Positions 1 to 13,549 of a DNA stretch of 64,000 nucleotides are shown here, in pieces. Origin of the DNA: Octopus sinensis (lineage: Eukaryota); the NCBI RefSeq assembly GCF_006345805.1, contig NC_043011.1:38328464-38392463 (forward strand). Direction: 5' to 3'. Each line of letters starts with the position of its first letter. The first letter of the stretch is position 1. The notes under the pieces were generated by a model. That model made no database searches and had not been told where the DNA came from. It saw only the letters and a program-made list of their open reading frames with translations. The position numbers and the translations under genes were made by a program.

Positions 1-120
1 CTGTCTGATTTTCAAAGAGATCGTATTGTTGGGCAATCTGAAGCTGGTCTTAGCCAGCGAAAAATTGCCGAAAATCTTCAAATTCCCCTTGCTACTGTTA
101 ATAGAATTACAGTGCAATGT
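1..120 (+). pseudogene. Tc1/mariner transposase N-terminal HTH fragment
   Basis: Frame 1 reads [36 protein letters not shown], typical of the Tc1 paired-like HTH; the coding signal is lost after about 120. Confidence 0.7.
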
Positions 121-193
121 AATGCCATTGATCCATTGATCAACTCGAGCAAGACTGACCTAGGATTAAGCAATACGATAAACTAGTCACGGG

Positions 194-227
<34 letters not shown>

Positions 228-688
228 GAGCAAAATGCTCCCCGTCCAATGGACGGTGCTGAGTTGTCAAACATTTCAAGCAAATTTTCTCAAAACAACT
301 TGTCTGACCGTATTACAAGCATCCCTTTGAGAACCACTGCTTTAATCTAAATTTGAGACACTAGCAAAAGAAGAAATAAGGTTAGACGTTTTTTCTATTC
401 CAAAGAAAAACGATTTTATTCACACAAATACGCAACCGAAGAGTTTAAAGTACCAGTAAGTACATCGCAACAGCTGATGTACTTGCGCGTACAAATGCAC
501 GTTCCCTCAGATTTATCGATCGCATTCTCACCTGAAATCGATTTTTGTAATTTTTTCAAGCTTATACACGCCCTGATAATGTCGGTGTTTACATATCAAA
601 TTTGAGCGCAATCGGATGGAGGATGCCCGCAATCCTAGAAGACACACAAGGGATTTTATATAATATATATATATATATTATATAATAT

Positions 689-730
<42 letters not shown>

Positions 731-731
<1 letters not shown>

Positions 732-1454
732 ATAAATATTAGGGAATAATCCAAATTTACAGGGAAAAAAATCAGATTAGGATTAAATCCAATTTTATAG
801 TAAAATATTATAAAATATTATTTGAGACAAAACCACTATTTTGCAAAACAAACAAGGAAAGACTTAATCAATACATAAAATTAATAAATAGTCAAAAAAA
901 ACCCCCACTACAATCGTTCTTGTCTTGATCGACAATCTTCAGGTGGACTTCCAATAATTCAGTACAAATTATGAAGCTCGTCAGCCAAGACTATCTGGAT
1001 GAACTCCACTCAATCACACGCCAGATTTTACCATAACGATAAATACGCGTGTGGTTCAATGATTACATCCGACGTTATAATTCAAATGCCCAAACCAACA
1101 GCGCACCAAACTTTCACGGAAAACAAATACAGCATTAGAAATAAATGCAGCATAATTATAATAATTAATAAGGGTGAGAGAATTAGATACTAATTTAATA
1201 GTATATTTATTCAACACCAGTGGCCTAGTGCTACGAGAAACCTGGATTATTATAATATTTTATAACATATTACAATACTTTTTACTTTGACTTCATAATT
1301 TGTAACTGAATTATGGAAGTCCACCTGAAGATTGTCGATCAAGACAAGAAACGATTTAGTGGCGGTTTTTTTTGACTATTTATTAAATTTTATGTATTGA
1401 TTAAGTCTTCCTTGTTTGTTTTGCAAAATAGTGGTTTTGTCTCAAATAATATTT

Positions 1455-1458
<4 letters not shown>
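731..1458 (-). mobile_element. Fold-back PLE-like element with hammerheads, inserted in (TA)n
   Basis: Inverted arms ~809-976 and ~1291-1458, unique tail 731-808, (TA)n on both sides; an HHR motif in each arm. Confidence 0.8.
1321..1362 (+). ncRNA. Minimal type I hammerhead ribozyme (inverted copy at 905-946, minus strand)
   Basis: ccac-CTGAAGA-ttgtc(gatcaa)gacaa-GAAAC-gatt-(g)TA-gtgg. Stem I ccac/gtgg, stem II ttgtc/gacaa. The two arm copies each have a different 1-nt deletion; their consensus is canonical. Confidence 0.8.
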
Positions 1459-1486
<28 letters not shown>

Positions 1487-1501
1487 ATATATATAATATA
1501 T

Positions 1502-1538
<37 letters not shown>

Positions 1539-2463
1539 GATATATATATATATATATATGTATGTATATACATAAATTCTCTCACAATTCTACTTGGGGC
1601 TTTAGTGGAAGACACTTGCCCAAGTTTCCTCGTAATTGGACTGAATCAAAAATCGCGTGGTTGAAAAGGGATCTCCTTATCTACGGGGCTATGCGTAAGT
1701 TTGTGTATCTTTGAGACGTTACAGTGTCAGGAAATAGCACAATTAGGAAGATCAACAACTGTTGAAAGAAAGGTGCTGGCTGATGAGTTTTGCCAGGCTG
1801 GAAATTTGTTAATTGAAATTTCCTTCACCAACACAGAGAGTATCGATTTATTTCGGGATTGATTTTGGACATGATAAATAGATTATGGTAATTTGTAGAT
1901 ACATTTCATGTATGTGATATGCATTAAGAAAGGAAACTGATCTGGATACCTGTTATTTGGCATCTCTGATGCAAATTAGCGACTCAGATGGCTCTTAGCT
2001 GCTGCAATATTGTGACCTCAGGGCTTCTAACTTGAAACATATTCTCTCAATAAGATTACCTCTGGAATTATTCAAAGTAGTGATATTGTTCAGACAACCA
2101 TTGTTTTGTTGTATTTAGCCTAATAATTAAAAGTGGTCAATAGCAAATACCAGCCATCCAAAATATACTCGACAGAAATAACGTACGATCAGGTGCTGAA
2201 AAGATCCTGGTTTTTAAGAGTATCACGAAGGCCTGGTTGGAAGCCCAGGCTTCCGAGTTCTTTTACAGGCCTCAGAAAAGCTGAAGAACCGCTGTAATAA
2301 GTGTGTGAATCTGAGATGGCAATATGTTGAATAAAATTATAATTAACTGATCCTCCTGTTTTTTCCCCTTTAGCCAAAGCCACAGCTTATTAGATCACAA
2401 GTGAACTAAACTCTTATTGTTCTTTATATATATGTGTGTGCGTGTGTGTGTGTGTGTGTGTGT

Positions 2464-2501
<38 letters not shown>

Positions 2502-2513
2502 TGTGTGTGTGTA

Positions 2514-2680
2514 GGCGCAGGAGTGGCTGTTGGTAAGTAGTTTGCTTACCAACCACATGATTCCGGGTTCAGACCACTGCGTGGCCCCTTGGGCAAGTGT
2601 CTTCTAGAATAGCCTCGGGCTTACCAAAGCCTTGTGAGTGGATTTGGTAGACGGAAATTGAAAGAAGCCCGTTGTATATA

Positions 2681-2759
<79 letters not shown>

Positions 2760-2985
2760 ATACATGTATATATATATATATGCGCATATATATATACGTG
2801 TGTGCGTGTGCATGTGTGTGTGTGTGTCTGTGTACCAGTGTTTGTCCCCCCATCATCGCTTGACAACAGATGCTGATGTGTTTACGTCCTATAGAATAAG
2901 TACTAGGCTTACGAAGAATAAATCCTGGGGTCGAATTCTTCGACAAAGGCCGCAGTCAAATGACTGACACATATAAAAAAGAAAA
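2514..2985 (+). mobile_element. tRNA-derived SINE family A with internal (TA)n/(TG)n
   Basis: Head GGCGCAGGAGTGGCTG..TGGTAAG..GGTTCAG, CCTTGGGCAAGT block, internal microsatellite and conserved tail; matches copies at 21004, 15190 and 55410. Confidence 0.85.
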
Positions 2986-3200
2986 GAATATATATATATA
3001 CAGATGCAGTACGGAATTTTGTCAGTGATCAAAGCAACGAGAATATTTCAGCCAATTAAATTTAAATGTTGAAGTGAATCTAACGGCTTTTGTGTGTTTT
3101 TAAATGGCTAAGAATCCCATTCTACGCTGCAATTGTTTTAATTTCAGCACATAATCTCATATCAGGTCACTTGCTATGCAAGTATATATCCATTATATAC

Positions 3201-3353
3201 AAAATTATGATTTAGGGTATCTAAGAGATACTATCACGCTGGAAATAGCAGCCAAACTTGACTCTAAAACCACATTAATGTGGTTTTAGATTCAAGTTTT
3301 GGCTGCTATTTCCAGCGTGGTGGTCTCTCTTAGATACCCTAAATTATAATTTT
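3201..3353. repeat. ~150-bp near-perfect palindrome within an element between (TA)n tracts
   Basis: Centre CACAT|TAATGTG at 3276/3277; arms pair out to AAAATTATGATTTAGGGTATCT / AGATACCCTAAATTATAATTTT. Confidence 0.85.
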
Positions 3354-3544
3354 AATAATAATTATTACCTTTAAAGGTTTTTATTCCCATGCTGGCCACC
3401 TGATAAGATCGGTATTTGAATAACGATCTTATCCTTATTTATGTAAATTTATATATATACATACATACATATATATATTACATATGTTATATGTTGATGA
3501 ATATATATATCTATATATATATATATATATATAGTATATATATA

Positions 3545-3595
<51 letters not shown>

Positions 3596-3596
3596 T

Positions 3597-3948
<352 letters not shown>

Positions 3949-3949
3949 A

Positions 3950-6900
3950 GTTTCTTTATTGGCCACACAGGGCTGCACACAGGTAGAGCTTTTCTTTTGG
4001 GGGATGAAAAAAAGGGGGTGGCGTAGGTTTTCGATCAAGAGGGAAGAAAAGAACAAAAAAAAATAAAATATAAAGAAATAAATAAATAAATAGAATAAAA
4101 AATAAAAAGAATAAAAGGAAAAAAAAGAAAGGGAAAAGGAACAAAAGAAAAGAGAAATGAAAAAAGAAGAAAAAAGGGGAAAAAAGGGGAAGAGGAAAAA
4201 AAAAGAACGATCAATAGGGATCGTGTATCACAGTGTTATGATATATGGTGTAAAGGGGAAAGCAAGTAAGGTTTATCCGTGGGAAGAAAAGCCTACGAAA
4301 AAGACCACGGTAACCTTGGTCAATATTGTTATATGTTACCACATTTGTTTGCAAGTGAATAACCCTCTGTTTTCAATTTCTGGGTTCATAGGATCATACT
4401 CAAGGTGGCTTCGTCATTCATACGTGACATCCTTGCTACATTCACCCATCTTTTTTTAAAACATTCGCTAGACAAAACTTGCCTCTCTACTCTCACTTTC
4501 CTTTTCAAGTGGTATTTGAAGAAGTTGATGAGAGATTGACCACAGAGGAAAGTGTTTGTCTCCAATCCTTTCAGACGCGTCCACCAGATACATTCTTTCG
4601 CCATAGCCACAAGGATGATGAAAATAGCTCTTCCTTCCCGTTTGAAGGAAGGAGGCGTGGCAATATTGACGATAGACTCAGCTGATAAACCGACTCGTCC
4701 CACACGTGACAGCAGTTGTTCGACACAAGCCCACAGGTCGGAAATTGTTGGACACTGCACGAGTGCGTGCAGAACGGTTTCGTCGCTCTGACCGCATCTC
4801 GGGCAGGTCGGCCCCGTGTTTCTCGAGCCGTGTCTGTAGAGCTTATCCCGAACGGGTAGCGCTTCTCGGTAACACTGCCAGGCCAGGGATCTCTGGAAGT
4901 TGTCCATGGGCCCTGGCCCGAAAGTCGTCCTGAACAGGCGGGTCAGGTACTCCTCGTCGACGTCCAGGTTCGCCCCGAGCTCGTCGTCGTACCTCCCCTC
5001 CACTAATCCCCTATAGAATGCTTTGGTTGTGTTGAAGGCACTCAAGGTCGACCCAGGACGGCAGAGTTGCTTGAGAGCAACGCGACACTCGCGGGGCCAT
5101 TCGCCCTTCCTCGGCCTCTTTTTGATCCACGACTGCAGTTCGGTCATGGAGACGAGCTGCGGGAAAGCGTGCCTCACAAACGGCGACCACACCTGTTCAC
5201 CGTCGTCTACATAGAGCCAGAGATGTCGCAGTCTCAGCGCGTGTCTGCGCATCATCAACCACGGCATGCCCAGCCCTCCTTTTAACGGGTGTTGACAGCA
5301 AAAGGATCGTCTGACCATCGGGACGCATCCTCTCCACAAGAAGCGAAAGGGAATGCGTTGTAGTTTGGTGATGGTAGGGTCGGGACAAGGTACGACGGTC
5401 AGGCGGTAGTAGATGACGGACGCGATGTACGTGTTCGTCACCTCCGCCCGATCTTTTAGGGACAGTTTCCTCTCGGCCCATTGCCAGGCGAGAATGACGA
5501 CCCTACTCGTTATCTCGTTCCAGTTCTCCACTTGGAGGTCTGGACCAAACCAGACCCCGAGCAACTCAACCGGGCCGTCGGTCCAGCGTCCCACGATGGA
5601 GGCGCTGGTGGACGGCATGGGCTTGCTTCTCCAGGTGCCTAGTCGCAAACCCACTGACTTTTCCCGGTTGATTTTCGCTCCTGTCACCGCTTCGTAGTTT
5701 TTCAGTGTCTCGCCGACCTGCTCGATGTGCTCGTGGCTAGACACTATGACGGTGACGTCGTCCGCGTATGCAGACACGCTCGTCCCACATCCCAGTTCTC
5801 GCGGGATGCCCCTCAAAGCTGCCAGCTTCCGCAATAATGGCTCGAGAGTCAATACGTATAGAAGCGACGAGAGGGGGCATCCCTGACGGACCGAACGTGC
5901 GATGTCGAAGGGTCTCGATAGATGTCCATTAACACGAATTACCGAACGGATGCCTCTGTACAAAGCGGCTATCCAGCCGCGGAAGACGGGACCGAAGCCA
6001 GCCGCTCTGAGGACTGCCTCCAAGTATCGATGGTCTACCCTATCGAAAGCTTTCGATTGATCCAAATTGATCAGCGCCCCACCCATGCCAGGTTCGTTAA
6101 CTACCCTGTCTATGATGTAGCGCATCAGGTGGAGGTTGTCATGGATGGTCCGGCCTGGCACGGCGCATGTTTGCGCCTTGTCGACCAGTTTCTCGATGAC
6201 AAGCGCCAACCTCTTGGCTAGCACCTTGGCCAAAATTTTCAAGTCTGCATTAAGCAGAGTGATGGGCCTAAAGTTATCTATTACATTTCCCTTGTTTAGA
6301 TCTTTCTTCAGCAGTGTTACGGCTCCTCGGCTCATAAAACCAGGAATGCTCCCGTTTTGCTGCCAGTTGCAGTACACCGCCGCCAAGAGATCTCCAAACA
6401 AGTCTGGCATACAATTGTAAAGCTCGTAGGGTAGACCATCCAAACCCGGTGATTTGTCCCTCGAGCATTCTGCCATCGCGTCCTGCACTTTCGCCGCCGT
6501 GATGGCACCTTCGCAGCACCCTGACTTTCTTGTCGAGAGTCGTGGTAGGCTATGTAGATAGGCACTGAAGTCCACCCTACGTTCATGCCCTCCACTCGTC
6601 CAGAACAGTAGGGCAAAATGCTGCTGAAAGACCTCACACATTTTACTTGGCTCGAGCAATTCGCGCCCCTGTTCATCTACCAGGGACCGAATGGTGGCTT
6701 TGTTGCCCTGCTGCGCCTCTGTCACCCGGGCCTCTCTCGCTGCTCCAACACCTTCGTTCCTTAGAGCACGCATCCTAGCTCTGACAGCACATCCTTCGTG
6801 TTTGGCGTTGAAGTGTTGGTCGAGGGCCAACCTCGCCGCCAAAACGTCGGATGCGATGCCGCTTCTAATTGCCTCTTCTAGCTTCTTAACTAGCTCACCC

Positions 6901-7301
6901 TCTACTCTATTTCTATCTATGGCTAGTGCTTTGCTGTACCTAATCGCTTCTACTTTTACTGCTCTCTTGAGAGCAAACCACCATTTGTTGTTGATGATGG
7001 CTCCCGTCAAAGCCCTCTTTACTAGTGTGCTAATCCGGTCTCTGAAAACCTGTCTCGATGGGAAAGACGCGTTTAGTTTCCAGTATCCGGGACCCTGCCT
7101 AAGTGTCTTACCTAAGTCTAGCGTACATGTCACAAGTTTGTGATCCGTGTAGCTGACTATGTGGAATTGTGGACGTCCTATGCTATCTCTGTCTACTGTC
7201 CTACACAGTATCCTATCTAGATACGATCTCGACGACTCGATGCGGTTGCTCCATGTCCACGTTGGCGCATTCGGATGGTCTAGTCGGAACCTGTCAGACA
7301 G
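3950..7301 (-). mobile_element. 5'-truncated Tx1/L1-clade non-LTR retrotransposon inserted in (GATA)n
   Basis: GC-rich block containing ORF2, a T-rich 3' UTR and an AATAAA near the 3' end; (GATA)n on both flanks. Confidence 0.92.
4386..7301 (-). CDS. LINE ORF2: C-terminal part of AP endonuclease, reverse transcriptase and CCHC zinc knuckle
   Basis: Motifs SPGLDG, FRPITLLNADLKILAK, LDQSKAFDRVDH, VRQGCPLS, YADD and CPRC..ETVLHALVQC. The frame stays open upstream of the annotated start through the APE motifs TWTWSN..SYLDRIL..YTDH until the microsatellite. Confidence 0.93.
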   Translation of the reverse strand: MSDRFRLDHPNAPTWTWSNRIESSRSYLDRILCRTVDRDSIGRPQFHIVSYTDHKLVTCTLDLGKTLRQGPGYWKLNASFPSRQVFRDRISTLVKRALTGAIINNKWWFALKRAVKVEAIRYSKALAIDRNRVEGELVKKLEEAIRSGIASDVLAARLALDQHFNAKHEGCAVRARMRALRNEGVGAAREARVTEAQQGNKATIRSLVDEQGRELLEPSKMCEVFQQHFALLFWTSGGHERRVDFSAYLHSLPRLSTRKSGCCEGAITAAKVQDAMAECSRDKSPGLDGLPYELYNCMPDLFGDLLAAVYCNWQQNGSIPGFMSRGAVTLLKKDLNKGNVIDNFRPITLLNADLKILAKVLAKRLALVIEKLVDKAQTCAVPGRTIHDNLHLMRYIIDRVVNEPGMGGALINLDQSKAFDRVDHRYLEAVLRAAGFGPVFRGWIAALYRGIRSVIRVNGHLSRPFDIARSVRQGCPLSSLLYVLTLEPLLRKLAALRGIPRELGCGTSVSAYADDVTVIVSSHEHIEQVGETLKNYEAVTGAKINREKSVGLRLGTWRSKPMPSTSASIVGRWTDGPVELLGVWFGPDLQVENWNEITSRVVILAWQWAERKLSLKDRAEVTNTYIASVIYYRLTVVPCPDPTITKLQRIPFRFLWRGCVPMVRRSFCCQHPLKGGLGMPWLMMRRHALRLRHLWLYVDDGEQVWSPFVRHAFPQLVSMTELQSWIKKRPRKGEWPRECRVALKQLCRPGSTLSAFNTTKAFYRGLVEGRYDDELGANLDVDEEYLTRLFRTTFGPGPMDNFQRSLAWQCYREALPVRDKLYRHGSRNTGPTCPRCGQSDETVLHALVQCPTISDLWACVEQLLSRVGRVGLSAESIVNIATPPSFKREGRAIFIILVAMAKECIWWTRLKGLETNTFLCGQSLINFFKYHLKRKVRVERQVLSSECFKKRWVNVARMSRMNDEATLSMIL

Positions 7302-7505
<204 letters not shown>

Positions 7506-7712
7506 GAATGTATGTATTAAGCAGGAATCCGAGCATCTTTATACCGATGGAAGTTTGAAATGAGATGCAGACATAAGGAAGAAGTGAACTACAAATTCAC
7601 AGGCTCGAAATAATAATTAATATATTCTTTTTAAAGAATATCATCAAATGTTTTCTGTTGCATAATGAATTTAAAATATATTCGTAGTTGACATTCATAG
7701 GTGGGAAAGAGA

Positions 7713-8300
7713 ATGATGACGACGATGACGACGACGACGATGATGATGTCGATGATGATGAGGATGAGGATGAGGATGATAATGATTGAGGTGGTGGTGT
7801 TGGTGGTGGAGATGATGGTGACGGTGGTGGTAGTGGTGGTGGTGGTAGTGGTGGTTATAGTGGTGGTGGTGGTAGTTGTGGTTATAGTGGTGGTGGTGGT
7901 GGCGGTGTTCATAGTAGTGATGATGGTGACGATGATGACAATGATTATTAATATTCGTATTTTGATCATCATCATCATCTTCATTATTATATTATTATTA
8001 TTATTTTTATTATTATTATTATTATTACTATTATTATTATTATTATCATTATTATAATTATTATTATTATTATTATTATTATTGTTATATATATTATTAT
8101 AGGCAGTGGTTGTTGTTCTAATGATCATGAGGTCGATGAGGATGAGAAGGTGGAGGAAGAGAAGGGGAAGGAAGTAGATGACGACGGCAATGCTAACGAC
8201 GAAGAGTTTGACGACGATGACGACGATGATAACAATGGCGACGATGATTACAATGACAACGACGATGACGATAGCCGTAGCAGTGAACATAACAACAGCA
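7713..8300. repeat. Compound trinucleotide low-complexity tract (GAT/GAC/GGT/ATT)
   Basis: Direct reading; produces spurious poly-D/V/T/N ORFs. Confidence 0.9.
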
Positions 8301-9049
8301 ACGTTAATGTACACACTTTGTTTATTTCCATGAAGAAACAAAAGTAATGAACGAAAAAAAAATAAACATTAGTTCTTTACATTTCAAATTCTAAGTATCA
8401 TTCGAAATCTCAAGAAAAAGAGGAAAGAAGAAATGAAAGAGAAAAGAAGAAGAAGGTGATAAGTGGAAAGGAATTGAAAGAAGAAAAAGAAGAAAATGAA
8501 GGAATCACACAGCTACGCATATATAACAATAATCACAGCATCAACATTACTCTCACATTTAATAATAGGCGTACATACCATGTACTGAGTATGTATTTGT
8601 TCTTGTGAATATTTGCTGTTTATTTCACTGCTACAGCTACAAATATTGTTGTTGGTATTCTAGTCATGCAAATATAAATTCACAACATCTATTCAGTACA
8701 GTATTTCAATAATTTCTATTATGGCAAATATATGAAACATTTCACGAAAAATTACACCCAATAGTCTGGCAAATGGTTACGTTATTCAATTATTTTGGAT
8801 ATTTGTAATTCTGTTAGCTCGATATTAATGCAATTATCAGCCAATCAGATTCCTCGAAGAAGGCTGTTATTTCATATTTACGTAATTAAAACGTTATGTT
8901 ACTTCAATTAAATAGCTAAACAATAAATAAATGCAAGTATGCATTTGATGAAATATATTGCTACACCTCAAAAAAATAACATGAACGCATACATGCGCAC
9001 AAACACACGCTTAGACACGTACATATGTACACACAAACACAATCATGCA

Positions 9050-9111
<62 letters not shown>

Positions 9112-9473
9112 ATATATATGCTGTATGTGTGCGTATGTATATGTATATTATATATGTTTTGTAAACAGGCGCTTTCAGTAGAATTTCCATAGACTTGAAT
9201 TGCAATGCGTCTTTCGTAGTAAAGTTTTGATATTCTGTATTTTCTATAGAGCTCGTGGTAGTAGTAGTAGTAGTAGTAGTGGTGACTGATTGATTGCAAA
9301 TAAACAAAATCAGACTGTTCATTTGTGACGCAAAACTTTAAAAAGATATTTTTCTGCATTTAAGAATCTCAACAAACTCAGCTTTGTCTTCCAAATTTCC
9401 TCACATCGATATAACTATCGATAATATTTGTTTCATATGTGTATGTGTGAGTGCGTGTGGTATAAATGTATAT

Positions 9474-9505
<32 letters not shown>

Positions 9506-9561
9506 ACATACATATATATACATATAATATATACATACATACATAATATATATATATATAT

Positions 9562-9614
<53 letters not shown>

Positions 9615-9849
9615 CTACATACATATATATATATATATATATATACATAATATATATATATATATATATTATTATATATATATATATATATAATATATAT
9701 ATAGGATATATATAACAATATATAATACGTACATATATGTATATACATACATCATGACGTACATACATACATATATGTAGATATAATGTGTATTTAGATT
9801 CATAGACACACATGTATATATATATATATATATATATTCGGACACATGT

Positions 9850-10056
9850 ATGTATTTGTATGTATGTATGTATGCATGTATGTATGTGTGTATATATGTA
9901 TGTATGGATGTTTGTATGTTGGTGGGTTGGTTGTTAGGTAGGTAGGTAGGTAGGTAGGTAGGTAAGTAGCTAGGTTGGTATGTAGGTAGGTAGGTTGGTA
10001 GGTAGGTAGGTAGGTAGGTAGGTAGGTAGGTAGGTAGGTAGGTAGGTAGGTAGGTA
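9850..10056. repeat. (TATG)n followed by (TAGG)n microsatellite
   Basis: Direct reading. Confidence 0.9.
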
Positions 10057-11834
10057 TATACTACACATTCTTAACATGTAAATTTCTTTCAAGACATTTT
10101 GCACCCATTGTGTACAAATAACTGTTCATTTGAGTGTTGAACAGTATATTTTGCAGAAGTTGTTCCGACACTCGCTATTTTGATTTCCATTTGCGGCATG
10201 TTCATCTTTGACATCTATATTTTAAGGGTCCAGCGTGTTTAGATTTGAATGTGACTTAGTTCTTTGGCGGCTCCTACTAGGTCTATAGCATTCTCATCCA
10301 CTAGCTCTACGAAGAAACAAAATGTATTTGGACAGTGTAATATAGAAACACTATACGATACTTTGAGAAGCATACACACAGGAAAATGCATCTTACTACA
10401 GCACAAAATTACTATATTCACCTACAGTAGTATCTTTACAAACCATTCGGAGACCGCCAAGCAAAATAGATAGCAAAATCGGAAAACATATTTTGCCGGA
10501 ATTTCTTAGGTCTTCACGTCTTGAGTTCACATGCAGTTGAAGTCGACTTTGCCTGTTACCCTTTCGGGGTCGATTGAATATGTACAAGGTGAACATCGGA
10601 ATTGATAAAACCACGAGCCCTTCGCGTACAACATTTCACACTTTGTGCCGTATATTAGTAAATTAATATGACAACCAGCTTGGAAAAGTTTTACGAGGTT
10701 AAAAAATATTTGCGAGTCTCAACCATATTTCCTTCATTTCAGACACATTTCGAAAAAGGGTTAGATTAGATTATGTTGACCAATACTCTCACATACCCCA
10801 TGATTTAAAGAAGAAGGGGGTTGATCACGATCACAATACCTTTGGACATAGCAATACCTTTAGCTAAGACAATTAGGGTTAGTCTTGGCTAAACATTAAC
10901 AACAACGTAATATGATGTGAAAACCATTAGCAGTGCCCATGCAACGTGATAGATTATTAAAACTATCAATATTGTTGATTCTAAATCATGCGAAAGGAGT
11001 GGGGGTATTTTTATTGCTTATAATTGTGAACAATCGAATCCTTGGATATCGTTGATTGATTGGATATAGATTTCCATTGGTCCTGTCAGCAGTTTGGGTA
11101 TAGATCAGTTGCTGGTTTATAGCAGTGAGTTAATATTCACTTTCATGTAACACGGTTTTAATATTAATATGTTGTGTTCAGCGCGGTAGATGAGAGATAC
11201 GGTAAAATACCTTAAGGTATTTCGTTAAGGCCCCATTTTCGTTCTAAGTTCAAATACCACAGAGATTAACCAACTTTGCCTTTCATCCGCCCGAAGATCT
11301 ATAACGCAAAGTACCAATCACCTAATTGAATGAACGTTATCGATTATACTTCTCTTTCAAAATGTGTGGCCTTATGGCCACCTTAGGAATCAATATTATT
11401 ATTGTTATCTGTTTTAGGGCAGTGCATTGGCAGTCGTTCAAACTCCCTTATGGTAATTCGCTGCATTCATAGATGTTCACTGACCAAATAACTTCCGGGT
11501 AAATTTAGCTTTTCATCTTTGTAGGGTCGATAAAATAACTACTATTTAATTATTATTCTTAATATAAATGGTTATTGACTTCCATCAGTGATGAGATATT
11601 TTGATGGAATTAGAAATTAAGGCGAAGAGAAGATCGCTTTACAGCCAGGCATAAAACAGAGTACCACTAAGAACTGCAGTCGAAACACCAACCTTGCTTT
11701 CTTTCAATTTTGCTCTTATGTCAATGTATATACACATATATATACATTTGAATACATGCACACAAGTACAGAGAAACATTTACACACACACACACGTATA
11801 TATAAACATATATATATATATATGTATATATATG

Positions 11835-11905
<71 letters not shown>

Positions 11906-11980
11906 ACATATACATATATATATGTTTGTAAGTATGTAAGTATATCTATAATTGTGTACTTATATATACAATTGTTTGTG

Positions 11981-12046
<66 letters not shown>

Positions 12047-12319
12047 AAATATACACAAACAAGTGTGTGGACAAACGAAAGAAAAGAACTTTAAACACAT
12101 TTGATACATCTATTGTTTAAAACAGATTAATTCGTTTCCAGTGCTGCTTCAAGTTTAGCAGACCCCTAACGGAGACAGACTCGTTCAGACTCTGTTCTGC
12201 TATTATTCCAAAAGATTGAATAACATATATATATGTGTGTGTGTGTGTGTGTATACACAGAGGGAGAGAGGGAGAAATAAAGAGAAAAAGATAAATGCAT
12301 ATATATATATATATATATA

Positions 12320-12485
12320 GACAGCGGACTCGCGGTCGTAGGATCGCGGGTTCGAATCTTAGACCAGACGATGTGTGTGTTTATGAGCAAAACACCTAAC
12401 CTCCACGCGGCTCAGCAGAAGGTAATGGCGAAACTTCTGCTAACTCTTTCGTCACAACTTTCTCTCACTCTTTCCTCTGGCATCT
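12320..12485 (+). mobile_element. SINE family C fragment
   Basis: CAGCGGACTCGCGGTCGTAGGATCGCGGGTTCGAATC B-box; similar to the copies at 13200 and 58828. Confidence 0.75.
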
Positions 12486-13199
12486 TGCGTAAGCTATCTG
12501 AGGACAGATTCTTGTTGATAAATAGACTGATATATAATACCAGATAATAACTTTATTTATAAAAAAAATGCTGATTGTGTGTGTGTGCGCGTGCGTCATT
12601 TGTGTAGGTCTTTCTGTCTGTGTTTGTCTTTCACCACTGTTTGAGAATCGGTGTTGACATGTGTACGTCACCGTAACTCAATGATTTGGCTAAGAACCAA
12701 TAGATCGATTCTTTCAACTAAATTTCTTGAAGGTGATGCCCCAGGATGGCAGCAGTCTAATGACTCAAAAAAGTAAAAGATTACAGATAAAAAAAAACAG
12801 GGGAAGTTTCTATAAAATTTATACCATTAAAAATTATACTATTAAAACTTATAGCATTACATTCTAAATTTACATTCTAAATTTTTACCATTAAAAATTA
12901 TACTATTAAAACTTATAGCATTACATTCTAAATTCACTCCTGATAACACGTATTGTTGTTCTTCATCCTACAAGGGTCGTTAAAATAAAGTTCTAATCAA
13001 ATATTGAGGTCGATATAATTTTCTGACCATTTTATAAAAAAATACATTTATTTGTGGCGGTGGGAATACAGATCCAGTAAAGTGAAGCGCAAAAATACCA
13101 TAATTGATTGAAATGTACGAGTCTATATCAAAAGGTTCAAGAGCTACTGCAGATGGCGTCATATGGTTGCGTGTGTAGGGAGAGCTAGCAGTGACCTAT

Positions 13200-13461
13200 A
13201 TGTTTGTTCCTTCTCGAGCCATGACTGGCTCATAAGGGCCGGTTTCCCGCTTTCTTGGCGTATAGGTTCCCCACCTGAAGGAAAGAGTGAGAGAAAGTTG
13301 TGGCGAAAGAGTCAGCAGAGGTTTCGCCATTACTTTCTGCTGGAGCCGCGTGGAGATTAGGTGTTTCGCTCATAAACACACACATCGTCCGGTCTGAGAT
13401 TCGAACCCGCGATCCCACGACCGCGAGTCGGCTGCTCTAACCACTAGGCAATGTGCCTCCA
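13200..13461 (-). mobile_element. tRNA-derived SINE family C with apparent TSD (CAGTGACCTA)
   Basis: Head GGAGGCACATTGCCTAGTGGTTAG..GGTTCGAATC on the minus strand; CAGTGACCTA occurs at ~13189 and ~13462. Confidence 0.8.
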
Positions 13462-13549
13462 CAGTGACCTACATGATATAGTGTGTGCCGAGTGACATCA
13501 TAGTTTGCTTCGGATGTTGTAAATTTTGTGTTTGTGATCACGTGTGTGC

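Noticed and set aside
1778-1825. CTGATGAG..GGAAAT as a hammerhead
   Set aside because: No convincing stem I or stem III pairing; probably a chance match.
2189-2383. 64-aa ORF in unique sequence as a possible host exon
   Set aside because: No recognisable domain or convincing splice context; needs RNA-seq or BLAST.
4479-7143. Overlapping plus-strand and alternative-frame ORFs within the LINE
   Set aside because: Shadow ORFs of a GC-rich coding region.
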